DNA of 64,000 nucleotides from an uncultured virus (IMG/VR IMGVR_UViG_3300013121_000030) (taxonomy: Duplodnaviria; Heunggongvirae; Uroviricota; Caudoviricetes). The translations under genes and the position numbers were made by a program. Shown here piece after piece: positions 20,052-30,536 of the stretch; the first letter of the stretch is position 1, and every line of letters starts with the position of its first letter. The stretch is from positions 128,001-192,000 of the IMG/VR virus record IMGVR_UViG_3300013121_000030; one strand, 5' to 3'. The notes under the pieces were generated by a model that saw nothing but the letters and a program-made list of their open reading frames with translations, ran no database searches and was not told where the DNA came from.

Positions 20052-20624
20052 ATGGCCCTGTCCAAGCAACAGCGAATGGCTCGGAAGGTCGCTCTTACTT
20101 ACATGTCAAGGGTGACTAAGGAGACAACTCCCCGCCGGAAAACTGCGGGGGAGGTCATCTTCCGCAAGGATACTTCGGGGGATGCTGGGGCCTGGGCGTA
20201 TGGGATTCCAGGGGGTAGCCAACGTAATCTCCCACCTGACTTCCAATTTTTGCCTAAGCACGTCAAACCCCTCGCCAAAGTCCTCAAAGCAACATTGGCG
20301 GCTCTTGGGCATTCCTTGTCGGCACAAGGAAAGTTTGCCAAGATCAAGTCGGCTCAGGTGAGCCCAGATGGGTTTTTGGGGGGCCGAGGTTACATCCAGA
20401 AAATCTCGGACATCCGTAGGCAATATATGAACATTGTGGAGGCACTCTCCGCAATTTCCGATACGTTGTACGATGAGATCGTGGTCGGTCCACATTGGTC
20501 GGCCGTACAGCGTCAAAAGAATCCTGCGGTGCAGAAGGAAGTGGGAGAGCTTCTGGCTGAGGCGGAGGGCATCCGTGAGGACCCTGAGGGTTGGGCTGAA
20601 AAGGCCGAAGAGGGAGATGAGTGA
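20052..20624 (+). CDS. Hypothetical, probable internal head protein
   Basis: Basic N-terminus with RKVA and RKTA motifs. Confidence 0.55.
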   Translation: MALSKQQRMARKVALTYMSRVTKETTPRRKTAGEVIFRKDTSGDAGAWAYGIPGGSQRNLPPDFQFLPKHVKPLAKVLKATLAALGHSLSAQGKFAKIKSAQVSPDGFLGGRGYIQKISDIRRQYMNIVEALSAISDTLYDEIVVGPHWSAVQRQKNPAVQKEVGELLAEAEGIREDPEGWAEKAEEGDE

Positions 20625-22678
20625 TGGCTTCCAACATGCCCAAAGAATTGAATGAGGGGTGGGCTAGCAACCTCCTCCTGGACGGATTTCAGCACGATAT
20701 GGACTACGGAGCTGGCATCCGAGAGCGATACTTGACAGAGATGTCTTCATCTGTGGATAATCTTCCGGATGGGATTGTGACAGACACCTCGGAGCCACAA
20801 GAAGATGTCCACATGGGGGGAGTGTTGGAGGATCTGACGGCTCTCAATATTGTGGCTTCGGCATTGGAAACTCCTCTCCTCCCAACGGAGGGGGTGGTAG
20901 ACCACACATGGCTCTCGGATGCCACTCAGGACCCAAATCGTCTCCCACATCAAATGGATGTGTTGACACAGCTTCAGCACTTGTGGGGGACTCGAACGGA
21001 TGGAATTTTTAGGGTCCCGGCGCAAGAGAGAGTCATTGTTGAGACTCAAGAAGACCCTCCCACAAACATTGTAGAGCCTTCCTATGATGTTGCTGTTCAA
21101 GCCATTGAGCCGCTCCTGCGGTCCGCAATGAGATTGGCAAGCAGTGGCAAATCAGTGGCTGCTGTGCTTCAGCCCAGGGTTGGGGAGAAGATTTGGGAGA
21201 AGTTGAGGCCTCTCGTTGCAGCCCTGGAGAAAGAGAAGGGTCTCCTGGGGACTGTTTATTTGTACGCCTCGGCGTACCCGAGGCTCCATCTTGGACAGTG
21301 GTCCAAGAGTCTTAAGACTCATTCACGTAATGCGACCTTTTTGGTCAGCCCCTCGACTCGCCCCGAGGATGTGGCGAGGATTGAGGGTGCAACGGGATTG
21401 CGGGTTGTTTCTTCGGTGAAGGAAATCCCGTGGGTGGAGGAGTGCTGGCGTCGGACTGGTGTGGAAGTGGCTTCGGTGGGTGAGGCCAAACGAGCTATAA
21501 AGGCTCACTACGAACCCAAGACCGTTTCAACGGTCTATCATGATGGGATTCGGCTTCCTCAAACACACCCCATGGATAGGGTGACCCGTAAAGAGGCAGA
21601 GGAGGCTCTTCAGAATTATCGGGTTCCCGCAGTTGAAATTCGGACGATTGCGGATCGGGTCAAGTCTCGGATGGCTCAGGAATCTCTCTTTACCTTGAAG
21701 AGGTGGGTCAAGGCAGGGCAGATTGCTCCAGAACTGGCTGAGTCCTTGTCAAAGTTGGGCCCTCAAGAGGCTTTGCGTCGTGCTGCTCAGATGATGGTGG
21801 AGGTTCAAAAGAGGCAGTACAAAGGCTTTTCACAACCACAGCGGCAATCCTCGCTGTCCGATGAGGCTCTCCGAGCACACCTCCAAGAGGCTCGGGATGT
21901 GCTCCGCAACGGTTGGGCACAACAAGCTCAAATCAGGTTGGCCAAAGAAGCGCAACGAGATTTTTCCCGGCGTTCAGGTGAACTCACCCGCATGGTCCGC
22001 CAACGGATGTTGCCCCCACACGAGGCAGAGCGTTTGATGGGGGATTCTCGCTCAACACGAGAGGTGTTGAGGGAGGCGGCCGAGATTGCCGCACAGCCTT
22101 CTCGTGCAGGATCGTTTACTGGGTCTTCTCAAGTCGTGAAGGCCCGAGAAGTTTCTCATGCGCAAATTGGGCACGTTCTTCGGAGGTCTGAGGAACGAAC
22201 AGCTCAGCAGAAAAAGGTTGTGGAGGGTCGTGTCCTCTCCAAGGAGTTGAAGCAGAAGGCTCTTTGGGTGCAAAGAGTTGCAGAGCGTGGTCTTTGGGGC
22301 AAAGAATTCGTCGCCAAGGTGGCGTCGCAATTGACTCCAGAAGACACCAAAGCCTTGTGGCCCTACATCGGAGAGCTGGTGAAGAAACAGGCGGCCTTGT
22401 CATCTTCCCCCTCGCAGGGGGGGGAATATTCGGGGCACAGAAATACGGGACATGTTCTTCAGAGCCGAGCTTCTGAGGTTTTGCAACGCGAGGCTAAGTC
22501 GTTCAAGCGGCGGGCAAGCGACGGAGAATCGAAGCTCAAGAAGACAATCCAGGACTCAACGTGTGCTCCAGTGCGCAATGAGGCTGAGGAGCTGCAACTT
22601 CACAACCCACTGGAGAGGATCCCAGAGCAGCAAGTTCGCAAACCTCGTCCAATGCAGGATGTGGAGTTCGATCAGTAA
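20621..22678 (+). CDS. Large hypothetical protein with internal helical repeats
   Basis: 685-aa ORF coupled to the upstream gene. Confidence 0.65.
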   Translation: MMASNMPKELNEGWASNLLLDGFQHDMDYGAGIRERYLTEMSSSVDNLPDGIVTDTSEPQEDVHMGGVLEDLTALNIVASALETPLLPTEGVVDHTWLSDATQDPNRLPHQMDVLTQLQHLWGTRTDGIFRVPAQERVIVETQEDPPTNIVEPSYDVAVQAIEPLLRSAMRLASSGKSVAAVLQPRVGEKIWEKLRPLVAALEKEKGLLGTVYLYASAYPRLHLGQWSKSLKTHSRNATFLVSPSTRPEDVARIEGATGLRVVSSVKEIPWVEECWRRTGVEVASVGEAKRAIKAHYEPKTVSTVYHDGIRLPQTHPMDRVTRKEAEEALQNYRVPAVEIRTIADRVKSRMAQESLFTLKRWVKAGQIAPELAESLSKLGPQEALRRAAQMMVEVQKRQYKGFSQPQRQSSLSDEALRAHLQEARDVLRNGWAQQAQIRLAKEAQRDFSRRSGELTRMVRQRMLPPHEAERLMGDSRSTREVLREAAEIAAQPSRAGSFTGSSQVVKAREVSHAQIGHVLRRSEERTAQQKKVVEGRVLSKELKQKALWVQRVAERGLWGKEFVAKVASQLTPEDTKALWPYIGELVKKQAALSSSPSQGGEYSGHRNTGHVLQSRASEVLQREAKSFKRRASDGESKLKKTIQDSTCAPVRNEAEELQLHNPLERIPEQQVRKPRPMQDVEFDQ

Positions 22679-22710
22679 TCATCCATTCCACGGATGGAGA
22701 TGGAGGACAC

Positions 22711-23187
22711 ATGAAGAAGAAAGCCGCAGTAGTTGGTCCTTGTGATACTGAGAAGGCACCGGAGGTGATCCAGTCTCTCCAGTGGCTCCTTGCTCTTCTC
22801 CGGGCGATGTTCACGAACTATCAGGAATCCCACTGGATTTTCAGAGGGTACGACAATCACCTCCTCTTTCAGCGCCTCTATGAGGCTGTGGATGGAGAGA
22901 TTGATGCACTTGGTGAGAAGATGGTGGGCTACTGTGGCGATGCAGTGGTCAACCCGGTCCTTGACCGGCAGATGCAAATGTATTGGACGTCTCGGTGGAC
23001 AAAGGTGGAGTGCCCTTTCCATCGCGGGCTTGAGGCCGAGGGAGACTTCCAAAATGTTGTCTCGGACCTCTACGACCAACTGGATGAGGCTGGGATCATG
23101 CTCATGGGGATGGATGACATGCTCATGAGTATGAGCAACACCCACGACACCCACCAATACCTCCTCAAGAGGGTGGCTGGACAATAA
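22711..23187 (+). CDS. Dps/ferritin-like protein
   Basis: HW..RG..HLLFQRLYE..EIDALGEK; C-terminal H..HQYLL. Confidence 0.8.
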   Translation: MKKKAAVVGPCDTEKAPEVIQSLQWLLALLRAMFTNYQESHWIFRGYDNHLLFQRLYEAVDGEIDALGEKMVGYCGDAVVNPVLDRQMQMYWTSRWTKVECPFHRGLEAEGDFQNVVSDLYDQLDEAGIMLMGMDDMLMSMSNTHDTHQYLLKRVAGQ

Positions 23188-23750
23188 TGCCCTCAACGAC
23201 TCAGCCTCCATATCGATTGATTGCTCCGGGCTTTGAGAGATCTGGTGAGCCCGACCTGGGCTACAATCGGATCATCACTCGTTATGGAATGCAGGAGCAG
23301 TTGATTCAGTTTTTGGGTATCTCCCCAGCTCTCGGGTTCCAGGCAGCTAACCAAGTTACGAGTTCTTTTTTTGCCCTGACTGACCCGCAGGCTGCGGTAG
23401 GTCCCTCGGCGGTGGTGACGGTCTCCAACACCACCTTTGTGGGACAGTCCGCGAGTCTCTTTGTGGGCCCCTACGAGCTGGTTTCAGAGATCGATTTTGT
23501 GATCGCGGGCGGAGCCGCTGCAATCGCCGCCTCGATCGCCACTGCAGTTTCTGCGCTACCGGGGTTCACAGGAACGCCTGTGGGTGCCGCAGTCACGGTG
23601 ACCAGGAAGGGAGGGATCGCCCCAGACGAGCTGAGGTTCTCTGCTTCCTACCGTGGGGGGAATGTGAACTTTACGTTCACATGGCCCACCAATGTGGGGT
23701 ACCTGGGCTACACCACGAACATCGTGCAGCCCATGCAGCCCTTCATGTAA
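23187..23750 (+). CDS. Putative virion protein
   Basis: Ala/Gly/Thr-rich domain resembling those in genes 17900 and 35679. Confidence 0.5.
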   Translation: MPSTTQPPYRLIAPGFERSGEPDLGYNRIITRYGMQEQLIQFLGISPALGFQAANQVTSSFFALTDPQAAVGPSAVVTVSNTTFVGQSASLFVGPYELVSEIDFVIAGGAAAIAASIATAVSALPGFTGTPVGAAVTVTRKGGIAPDELRFSASYRGGNVNFTFTWPTNVGYLGYTTNIVQPMQPFM

Positions 23751-23773
23751 GTTCGCTCGTGGCGTGCTACACT
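23746..23773 (+). promoter_or_regulatory. Class A promoter motif (TGTAA-N12-CGTGCTACAC)
   Basis: tgtaa gttcgctcgtgg cgtgctacact, 7 nt before ATG 23781. Confidence 0.75.
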
Positions 23774-23780
23774 CGGGGTC

Positions 23781-24110
23781 ATGGTTACCCCCATCACCCC
23801 CCAAGAACTGAAGGCAAGGCGTTCGCAAATCCCTGACTTCGTGATCGACGTCTTCAATGACCTCATTGCGGAGAATTTCGACGGCAGGAGTGCGGTTATC
23901 CTTCAGGAAGATGTTGTGAAGCGGCTGTTGCCTCTTGTTCAGGTCCATGAGGGCCAATCGATATCCCCCAACGCTCGTCGAGAGATGGTGTTCAAGAAGG
24001 GGTGGCTGAATGTGGAGGCCCTGTTTGAGAAGCAGGGATGGAAGGTGGCTTACTACAAGCCCGACTATAGAGAGGATGGGTATCCCAGCTTCACCTTCAC
24101 GGCACCGTAG
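23781..24110 (+). CDS. Conserved phage hypothetical protein
   Basis: IPDFVIDVFNDLI..WLNVE..GWKV.Y.KP. Confidence 0.7.
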   Translation: MVTPITPQELKARRSQIPDFVIDVFNDLIAENFDGRSAVILQEDVVKRLLPLVQVHEGQSISPNARREMVFKKGWLNVEALFEKQGWKVAYYKPDYREDGYPSFTFTAP

Positions 24111-24113
24111 TCC

Positions 24114-24575
24114 ATGATCCTCACCTACCCAGACCCCATCCTGGGGAAAAAGATGCCGACGCGAACCCCTCAGGACTTGGGGGGTCTCTCGTCGCGCATG
24201 CTCTTGGAAATGTTCAGGTCAGGAGGGGTGGGCCTTGCGGCTCCTCAAGTTGGGGAGGAGTACCGTCTCTTCGTGGCAGATCCAGAAGTCGTGGGCCGGG
24301 GGGTGTTCTTCAATCCCGTTCTGATCGAGCAGTCTCCCGCGGGATTGATTGGGTCCGAAGGATGTCTCTCACTGCCCGGGGTTTGTCTGGAGGTGAAGCG
24401 CCCAGAGTGGATTGTCGTCCGCTTCATGGACGACAAGGGAACTGAGTCTGAAGAGAGATTCCACGGGTTCCCAGCCAGGGTGATTCTCCATGAGATGGAC
24501 CATCTGGATGGGGTCCTCATCTTGGATCGGGTCCACGCACTCAAGAGGCAGCGAGTTCTGCGCAAGCTTCGCTAG
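24114..24575 (+). CDS. def: Peptide deformylase
   Basis: GVGLAAPQ, EGCLS, HEMDHLDG. Confidence 0.95.
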   Translation: MILTYPDPILGKKMPTRTPQDLGGLSSRMLLEMFRSGGVGLAAPQVGEEYRLFVADPEVVGRGVFFNPVLIEQSPAGLIGSEGCLSLPGVCLEVKRPEWIVVRFMDDKGTESEERFHGFPARVILHEMDHLDGVLILDRVHALKRQRVLRKLR

Positions 24576-27500
24576 GTCTTTGTTCCAGGTGCCTTGGACA
24601 CGGAGTCCAGGCGAGTGGCCTGCGTCGATTCCGCGGTGACAAACAGCTCCGAGCTGTAGGCATTGCCCGGATCCTCGGGATTGATCCCTTCCACTGCAAT
24701 AAAGTCCGTCCTGGAGTAGGCTTCCAGGAGGACGTCTGCGAGGGATCCTCGGCATACACAGGAGGTGCCATCGGCACTATGGATGTGCCCTGTGATGTCT
24801 GAGAGTTGGTAGGCGACGTTTGCGATGGTCGTCTTGAAAGCTCCGCTGAGGGCGTAGTTGGCTGCAAAGTTCGAGAAGTTGTTCTCAAACTGCGTATTGG
24901 ACACATCCCATCCAGCAGCCTGGATGAGATTGGGGTTGTCGCCATTGACGGACAGGAGTTCATTGAGCGCCTGTTGGCCACGAGGATTGCGAGACAATTC
25001 CTCAGCCACACGTCGGATCTCAGCGAAGGATTCCGCTTCGGAAGTTTGGCGCCTCTTGAACTCTTCGGGGACTTCCGCTCCCACAAGGGCCTCACCCGTC
25101 AAGCTCTCTTGGATAGCTCGTGCTGCAGCAGTTGCGGCCTGTTCGGCGGTTTGCGCAATCCCACGTAGCGGAGCAAAGGCTGCCCTCTCAGATTTGACTG
25201 TGGTGAGAGCTTGGAGGAACAGTTCTGCTGTTTGAGCACTTACCCCCGAGAATGGGTCCCCGCCTTCGTGGACAAAAGAGAAGGTCCCTCCTGGGTCCAC
25301 ACTCAGCCCACGGCCGTAGCGGTATGCCCCATAGTGTTCGTAGCCCTTCTCGTCAGAGACTGGGAACACGGGCACATGAATAGGACGTTCGATCTTCCCG
25401 GGATACGAAGTCTTCTCCAGGGTGGCATCGGCTTCTACTTGGAGAGTTCCTGGGGATCCCGTGGAGATCTCGATAAGTTGATTGAAGACCTGAGTTAGCT
25501 CCCCCAGCCTGGATTGCTTGTTTTCCGCGGGAGTGGAGGCTTCCTGCAAGCTCAATGTGAACCCTGAGCTGATAACGCTTGTGATGGCCTGAGCATAACC
25601 TGAGGCGACCTTTTCGTAGGTCGCAGAGAGACTTTGTCCGTCCGCAGCAGAGCGTCCTGTGGATCCGTATCCTGGAACTGAGGACAAAAGGGAGAATGAT
25701 GTTGTGGATATTGGGATAGCGGTGATGCCGGGAAAGACAGGAGCTAGGAAATCAGGAACAGCGGGAGAATCAATTGCAGCAGAAAAGCTGGGGATTTTGA
25801 GTGTGCGAGTCCCAGTCTGTAGACCTTGCCTCCACACAGGGATTTCGATGGACTCCAGACGAGTCTTTTTTTCTTCGTAGAGAGATTTGAAGACATCAGA
25901 CGGCGTTTGGGAGGGGTCCTGAACAGCCTGCCCAGCTTCCATGAAGGAAGCCACTGTGCTCGTAAAAAGCGCCTGTGCGTCCAAGGTCAGTCGACCCGAT
26001 CCCACTGAATTTCCCAGCACATCGGAGAATTTTGAGGCACTGAATCGAGCAAAGGAGAGAGTCTGGATCTGATCCGTGGAGATGGGGCGGGGAGGGTGTC
26101 CAGGCCCCTGGGCGATGTTGATCCCCGATGTGCAGGAACCTAATCCCAACTCTGCCTCTGGAAACCTAAGTTTGGGGCTGGGGCGGGAAACTGTGGGTTT
26201 GAATTGGATGACTGTTCGAGGAGGGATTGTGATGTCCTGAGTTTTGATGCTGGGAGATGTCGAAGCTTCAGGGGGAGTGGAGATTGTTTTGGGGGTTGAG
26301 GGAGGCGCGGGAGGTGGCACTTCCTGAGTGGGATCCACACCAAAGAGCTTCTGAACAAGGCTGTCCACCTTGGTCCCTGGGAGCTGAAGAAGAGATTGTT
26401 CGGGGACCAAGGAGTTCATAAATGACACTCCTTGGTCCAGACTGAGCCCGGCCCCATTGATAAGGCCACGGAGGAATCTGCCTGCCTGGTTTAGTCCTTG
26501 CCCCTTGATCTGATCGACCGAGAAATTCTCAGTAAAGCGGAGCTTGGCGGGTCGTGTGGAATCGTCAACAAGGATGGATCGGGCTTCGTCAGAACTCCAC
26601 TTTTTGGAGGCATATTTCTTTTTGATTGCGGCTTGCAGAAGATTTAGTCCACCCACAGCACGCCGGAAGTTGAGCCATGTTCGGTCCTGAGCGGGCAGCT
26701 TCTTCCAGAGTGGGCTCTGAAGAGTTCTTTTCGCGGCCGCGGCGAATGCCGCAGTGGCGAAGGTGGGGTCCAACTGGGATTGTTGGGGATCCATAGAGGT
26801 GTATTGGCCCTTGGCATAGGCCGACATGGAGGAGGTGGCTACGAGCTGGTACCACCCAGCGGCACCCAATTCGCCCCAATGCTCCGGATCTCCAATGTAG
26901 GGGTTGTCGCCGAACTTCTTCTTGAACTGTGCAGAGACCTTTTTGGCCCGATCTGGTTTGATGTTCTTGGTACCTGTGCCCCCAATGAGAGCAGCGACAT
27001 CCTTCCCGAGGGCAGGATTGGATGCATTTGAGTTGAAGTTGGACTCCTCCTGGATGAAGGCTAGGGCAAAAATAGTCCAACCCTGGATGTTGTAGGCAGT
27101 TTCAATGGCTCCATTGAGAGCTTCCGCAAGCTTCTTCAGTGCGCTCTTTCTGCTCGGAGTAGGCTTGGTGGTGGCTTTTGTCCCTGAGGTGACAGGCTCT
27201 CCAATGGATGCTGGGGTTGGGGCAGGTCGTTCGCCGTCATCCCAGATGAGGATCGGTTGACCTTGCATGGTGGGGTCTGGGTGAGCTGAGGAGTAGTAGC
27301 GGTACCTCCCAGGCAAGCCCTCTGCCAGGTATTGGGACTTGAGATGCATGAGGGACTCGAAGTATGCCGCAGTGACATCGGCCCCATCTGCCCCTGCCAG
27401 CTTGCGTCGTTGGGGACTTCCCTTGAAGCGCTGGAGTGCTGAGAAGAGTTGGAGGAGGAGGTTGCGGTTGCTCCCCTCGGAACTTGTGAAGGTGTCCAGA

Positions 27501-29830
27501 TCACCCTGGCTTGATTCCAGGCTTCGCGCCAAGAGGTTTTCCTCTTGACGGAGAGAATCGATTGTCTGGTTTGTGGAGATGGTTCCTGTGGTCTTGGATT
27601 CCACCGTTGCGAACTTGTTGTCACGTTCAATCGCCGTTGCGACCTCTGCACGCTTCTGGGACAGATCACGCTCCAAGTTTTGGACGCGGTTTCTCAAGGA
27701 CTGGAGGTCCGAGAAACTGGCGTAGAGATCATCCAGTCCAAATTCCAGAAAATCTTCAGGGTTGGGCCCTGTCTGGAGGCGGTAGCGGATCTCCTCTGTG
27801 GGGACAGTTGCTCGGATTTTCCCATCCGGGTCCGCGAAGGTTGGCGCTACCTGAAGCACTGCAGGAGTGAGGTTGGCGATGTCCTCACGAAGGGAGTTGA
27901 AGAGAATCCGAACGTCCTCAATGCTCCCCAAATAGTCGATGCCTGCCCCCACAGGGAAGAAGGAAGGGTTGGCCTTGGTGGGGTCAAGCGCCATTACGAC
28001 ATTGGGGAATCCCACATAGCGAAGGATGTTGTTTTCGTATACTTCAAGGGGCCTGGAAGGTAGGTCAGGGCGATCCAACCGGATCTTCCAGATGGCGCTC
28101 TCACCAGGTTTGGGTTTTTCAGAGAATCCAGGGGCGAAGAACTTGCTCCGGCGGCATGTCAGGGTCAGGGAGGTGGTGCAGGAGCCACCAAATGAGAAGC
28201 TGTGGCTGATCTGAGTGATGTAGTAGTAGGTGTCGATGAAAGGGATGTAGACTGGATATCCGGGACGCAGCTCCGGCCGGATGGGGATTGTGCAGGTTGC
28301 GCTGAAGACATCGATATTCAACAAGTCTAGCCTCGCCATGCCAATATAAAAGAGCATGCGCGGGTCTGTGGTGTAGGAGATGTCCAAGCTTGCTTGGCGC
28401 CACCCAAAGCGGGACACGAGCTTGTAGTCCACATAAACGGATCGTTTGGCCGTTGCTCCATCATTGGGGACGATATCAGTCCACCCCTTGAACCATGTGC
28501 CGCGGACGTTGATATAGGTTGCCTGAGGCTCCTTCTCTGAAGGAGCGAAGGAGATGATCTCTTGGTCTTCGAGGCGGTATATGGGATTGGTGCTCGTATC
28601 CAGGTTGTAGAATGGGGGCTTGAAGACCAGGTCTCCGTCAACATCTTGGTAGAACTCGTAGCCAGTTATCTCCGTGACTGCATTGACGATGTCCAATTTG
28701 GTCTGGTAGGTGGTCTCAAAAAGATTGATGGTGCCAACTTCACCCATGCTCTGGTTGAAGGCAAACATGTCCAACATGTTGAGGCCTACAAGTTCTGTTC
28801 CTTCCGTAGCAAAATTTGCATAGGTGACGTCGATTCCTCCTCCAGACAACCCCAGCGACTTGGCGATGGAGAAGTTTGTTGAGAATGGGTCAGTCTCAGA
28901 TCTCTGCCCTTTGGGGTCCCCGTATTGGGTGCTGGGCAATAGGTTCTGGAGGTCTCGGTTGGAAGCTGACCCTAGATAGGCTTGTTGGACGCTGTTGAAA
29001 ATACGCCCATTGACACCATACATGCGGAGGTTTTGGACCCTGGTCTTGAATCTCTGCTCCCAGTACAGAGCCACAGCATCATAGAGCTGGCGTCCTCCGT
29101 CAGAGGCAGCAGCCGCCAGTCCTCCAGCAGAGGCATCCACATTGGATTGTCCCGAGAGGGCGAATTCCACCCCCGCTGCGGCACCTGCGGTGTCACGATA
29201 GAGGGTGTACATGATCCCGAAGGGATGCATGTTGTTGAAGGTATGGCCAAAAAGAGTGGGTCGACTGGGGTCGTTGGTGGGTTTTTGGGCGAGGTGGGCA
29301 GCGGATGTAGAAATGTTGACGTACTGCCAGAAGTGCAAGAGGCTACTGCACGAGAAGCTCCCCGTGTAATTCCCGTCCGAATACTCAGGGCCCGAGACGT
29401 TGGTGATGACCCCGTGAAATACGGGGTAGTATGGGTAGGTCACCCATTTTGTGGGATCCGTTTCTGGGGAGCCGAGGTCTTCGGCTTGGAAACGGTCGAA
29501 AGCACCACGGAGGGGGAAATATCCCCTCATGTAGATGTTGACCTCAAGCCCCGGACGGATGATGAAGTGCCCGTCCCGGAAGAGCTGTTGGCCTTGTGTC
29601 CTTGGCAGGGACAGACTCACATTGGCGGTGTGGCTTGTAGCATCGGTCCCAGCATCCACACTTATGGATGTGATGAAGCGTTGGATTTCAATCCGGCCTC
29701 GACAGTTGACGCAACCAGGTAGAGAGGTATCTCCGTTGAGGAACACCAAAGCGTCTGGGGTGTACTTGACAGCAGGTTTGAGGTTGAAGCGCCAATTACC
29801 GCTGTACGCGCTCTGGTCAATGGAACTCAT
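24572..29830 (-). CDS. Baseplate hub/tail protein with central lytic transglycosylase-like domain
   Basis: 1752 aa; EFYQDVDGDLVFKPPFYN, RFGWR, IRPELRPGYPVY hub-like motifs; IQEESNFNSNA..AAGWYQ SLT-like motif. Confidence 0.7.
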   Translation of the reverse strand: MSSIDQSAYSGNWRFNLKPAVKYTPDALVFLNGDTSLPGCVNCRGRIEIQRFITSISVDAGTDATSHTANVSLSLPRTQGQQLFRDGHFIIRPGLEVNIYMRGYFPLRGAFDRFQAEDLGSPETDPTKWVTYPYYPVFHGVITNVSGPEYSDGNYTGSFSCSSLLHFWQYVNISTSAAHLAQKPTNDPSRPTLFGHTFNNMHPFGIMYTLYRDTAGAAAGVEFALSGQSNVDASAGGLAAAASDGGRQLYDAVALYWEQRFKTRVQNLRMYGVNGRIFNSVQQAYLGSASNRDLQNLLPSTQYGDPKGQRSETDPFSTNFSIAKSLGLSGGGIDVTYANFATEGTELVGLNMLDMFAFNQSMGEVGTINLFETTYQTKLDIVNAVTEITGYEFYQDVDGDLVFKPPFYNLDTSTNPIYRLEDQEIISFAPSEKEPQATYINVRGTWFKGWTDIVPNDGATAKRSVYVDYKLVSRFGWRQASLDISYTTDPRMLFYIGMARLDLLNIDVFSATCTIPIRPELRPGYPVYIPFIDTYYYITQISHSFSFGGSCTTSLTLTCRRSKFFAPGFSEKPKPGESAIWKIRLDRPDLPSRPLEVYENNILRYVGFPNVVMALDPTKANPSFFPVGAGIDYLGSIEDVRILFNSLREDIANLTPAVLQVAPTFADPDGKIRATVPTEEIRYRLQTGPNPEDFLEFGLDDLYASFSDLQSLRNRVQNLERDLSQKRAEVATAIERDNKFATVESKTTGTISTNQTIDSLRQEENLLARSLESSQGDLDTFTSSEGSNRNLLLQLFSALQRFKGSPQRRKLAGADGADVTAAYFESLMHLKSQYLAEGLPGRYRYYSSAHPDPTMQGQPILIWDDGERPAPTPASIGEPVTSGTKATTKPTPSRKSALKKLAEALNGAIETAYNIQGWTIFALAFIQEESNFNSNASNPALGKDVAALIGGTGTKNIKPDRAKKVSAQFKKKFGDNPYIGDPEHWGELGAAGWYQLVATSSMSAYAKGQYTSMDPQQSQLDPTFATAAFAAAAKRTLQSPLWKKLPAQDRTWLNFRRAVGGLNLLQAAIKKKYASKKWSSDEARSILVDDSTRPAKLRFTENFSVDQIKGQGLNQAGRFLRGLINGAGLSLDQGVSFMNSLVPEQSLLQLPGTKVDSLVQKLFGVDPTQEVPPPAPPSTPKTISTPPEASTSPSIKTQDITIPPRTVIQFKPTVSRPSPKLRFPEAELGLGSCTSGINIAQGPGHPPRPISTDQIQTLSFARFSASKFSDVLGNSVGSGRLTLDAQALFTSTVASFMEAGQAVQDPSQTPSDVFKSLYEEKKTRLESIEIPVWRQGLQTGTRTLKIPSFSAAIDSPAVPDFLAPVFPGITAIPISTTSFSLLSSVPGYGSTGRSAADGQSLSATYEKVASGYAQAITSVISSGFTLSLQEASTPAENKQSRLGELTQVFNQLIEISTGSPGTLQVEADATLEKTSYPGKIERPIHVPVFPVSDEKGYEHYGAYRYGRGLSVDPGGTFSFVHEGGDPFSGVSAQTAELFLQALTTVKSERAAFAPLRGIAQTAEQAATAAARAIQESLTGEALVGAEVPEEFKRRQTSEAESFAEIRRVAEELSRNPRGQQALNELLSVNGDNPNLIQAAGWDVSNTQFENNFSNFAANYALSGAFKTTIANVAYQLSDITGHIHSADGTSCVCRGSLADVLLEAYSRTDFIAVEGINPEDPGNAYSSELFVTAESTQATRLDSVSKAPGTKT

Positions 29831-29882
29831 GTGGGCACTCTACAAAGGAGGTGCGGTATAGAGTGTTTGGGGAGGTCCTTAC

Positions 29883-30512
29883 GTGTTCCGCAGCGCCTTC
29901 AACTCGCCCGCAGATGAATTTTTGGGTCAAGGGAAACGACCCGTGGTGTTCGATGTCGTGTCTTCAGACCGGGTTACCTCGGTCCTTCCTGAGGGCTTAA
30001 AAATGGTCCTCCACGTCAACCCTAAAACCATGTCTTTTTCCTACTCCAAACAGATCGAGAGGGTGGCGACGCGGGGTGGGTTTGTGGAGTTTCACTGGGG
30101 GGATGCCTCAGAACAAATCACTTTTGACATGGCGACCGGCGGGTTTATGCGCTTGTACAGCGGCTTGTCCAACGTCACCGCCCCTCAGGGACGCAGACAG
30201 ACATTGGCGTACCAAAAATTTGTGGACTTTTTGGCCCTGTTCCACTGCAACGGGGCGTTGTTTGATAGCCGGGGGAACATCATCCATCAAAACTACATCA
30301 AGTGCTCCTTTGATGGAGGTGTTTACGTAGGTTGGTTTGATGGGGGCCTGACTGTCACAGAAGCAGCCGACTCCCCTTACCAATTCACAGTCTCTGCGAC
30401 CTTCATCATCGACAAGGAGGAGATGGTGTTCCGGTCATCGGTGGCTCCGTCCTCGCCAGGGGTAAACACAGAGGGACCTCCTTCAGGGGCCCAAAAGTTC
30501 CTGGGCCCATAA
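29883..30512 (+). CDS. Tail tube-like/baseplate protein
   Basis: LHVNP.TMSFSY.K..TRGGFVEFHWG, Y.GWF, PYQF. Confidence 0.6.
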   Translation: MFRSAFNSPADEFLGQGKRPVVFDVVSSDRVTSVLPEGLKMVLHVNPKTMSFSYSKQIERVATRGGFVEFHWGDASEQITFDMATGGFMRLYSGLSNVTAPQGRRQTLAYQKFVDFLALFHCNGALFDSRGNIIHQNYIKCSFDGGVYVGWFDGGLTVTEAADSPYQFTVSATFIIDKEEMVFRSSVAPSSPGVNTEGPPSGAQKFLGP

Positions 30513-30536
30513 GTCTTCAATAGATAAGGCAGGACG

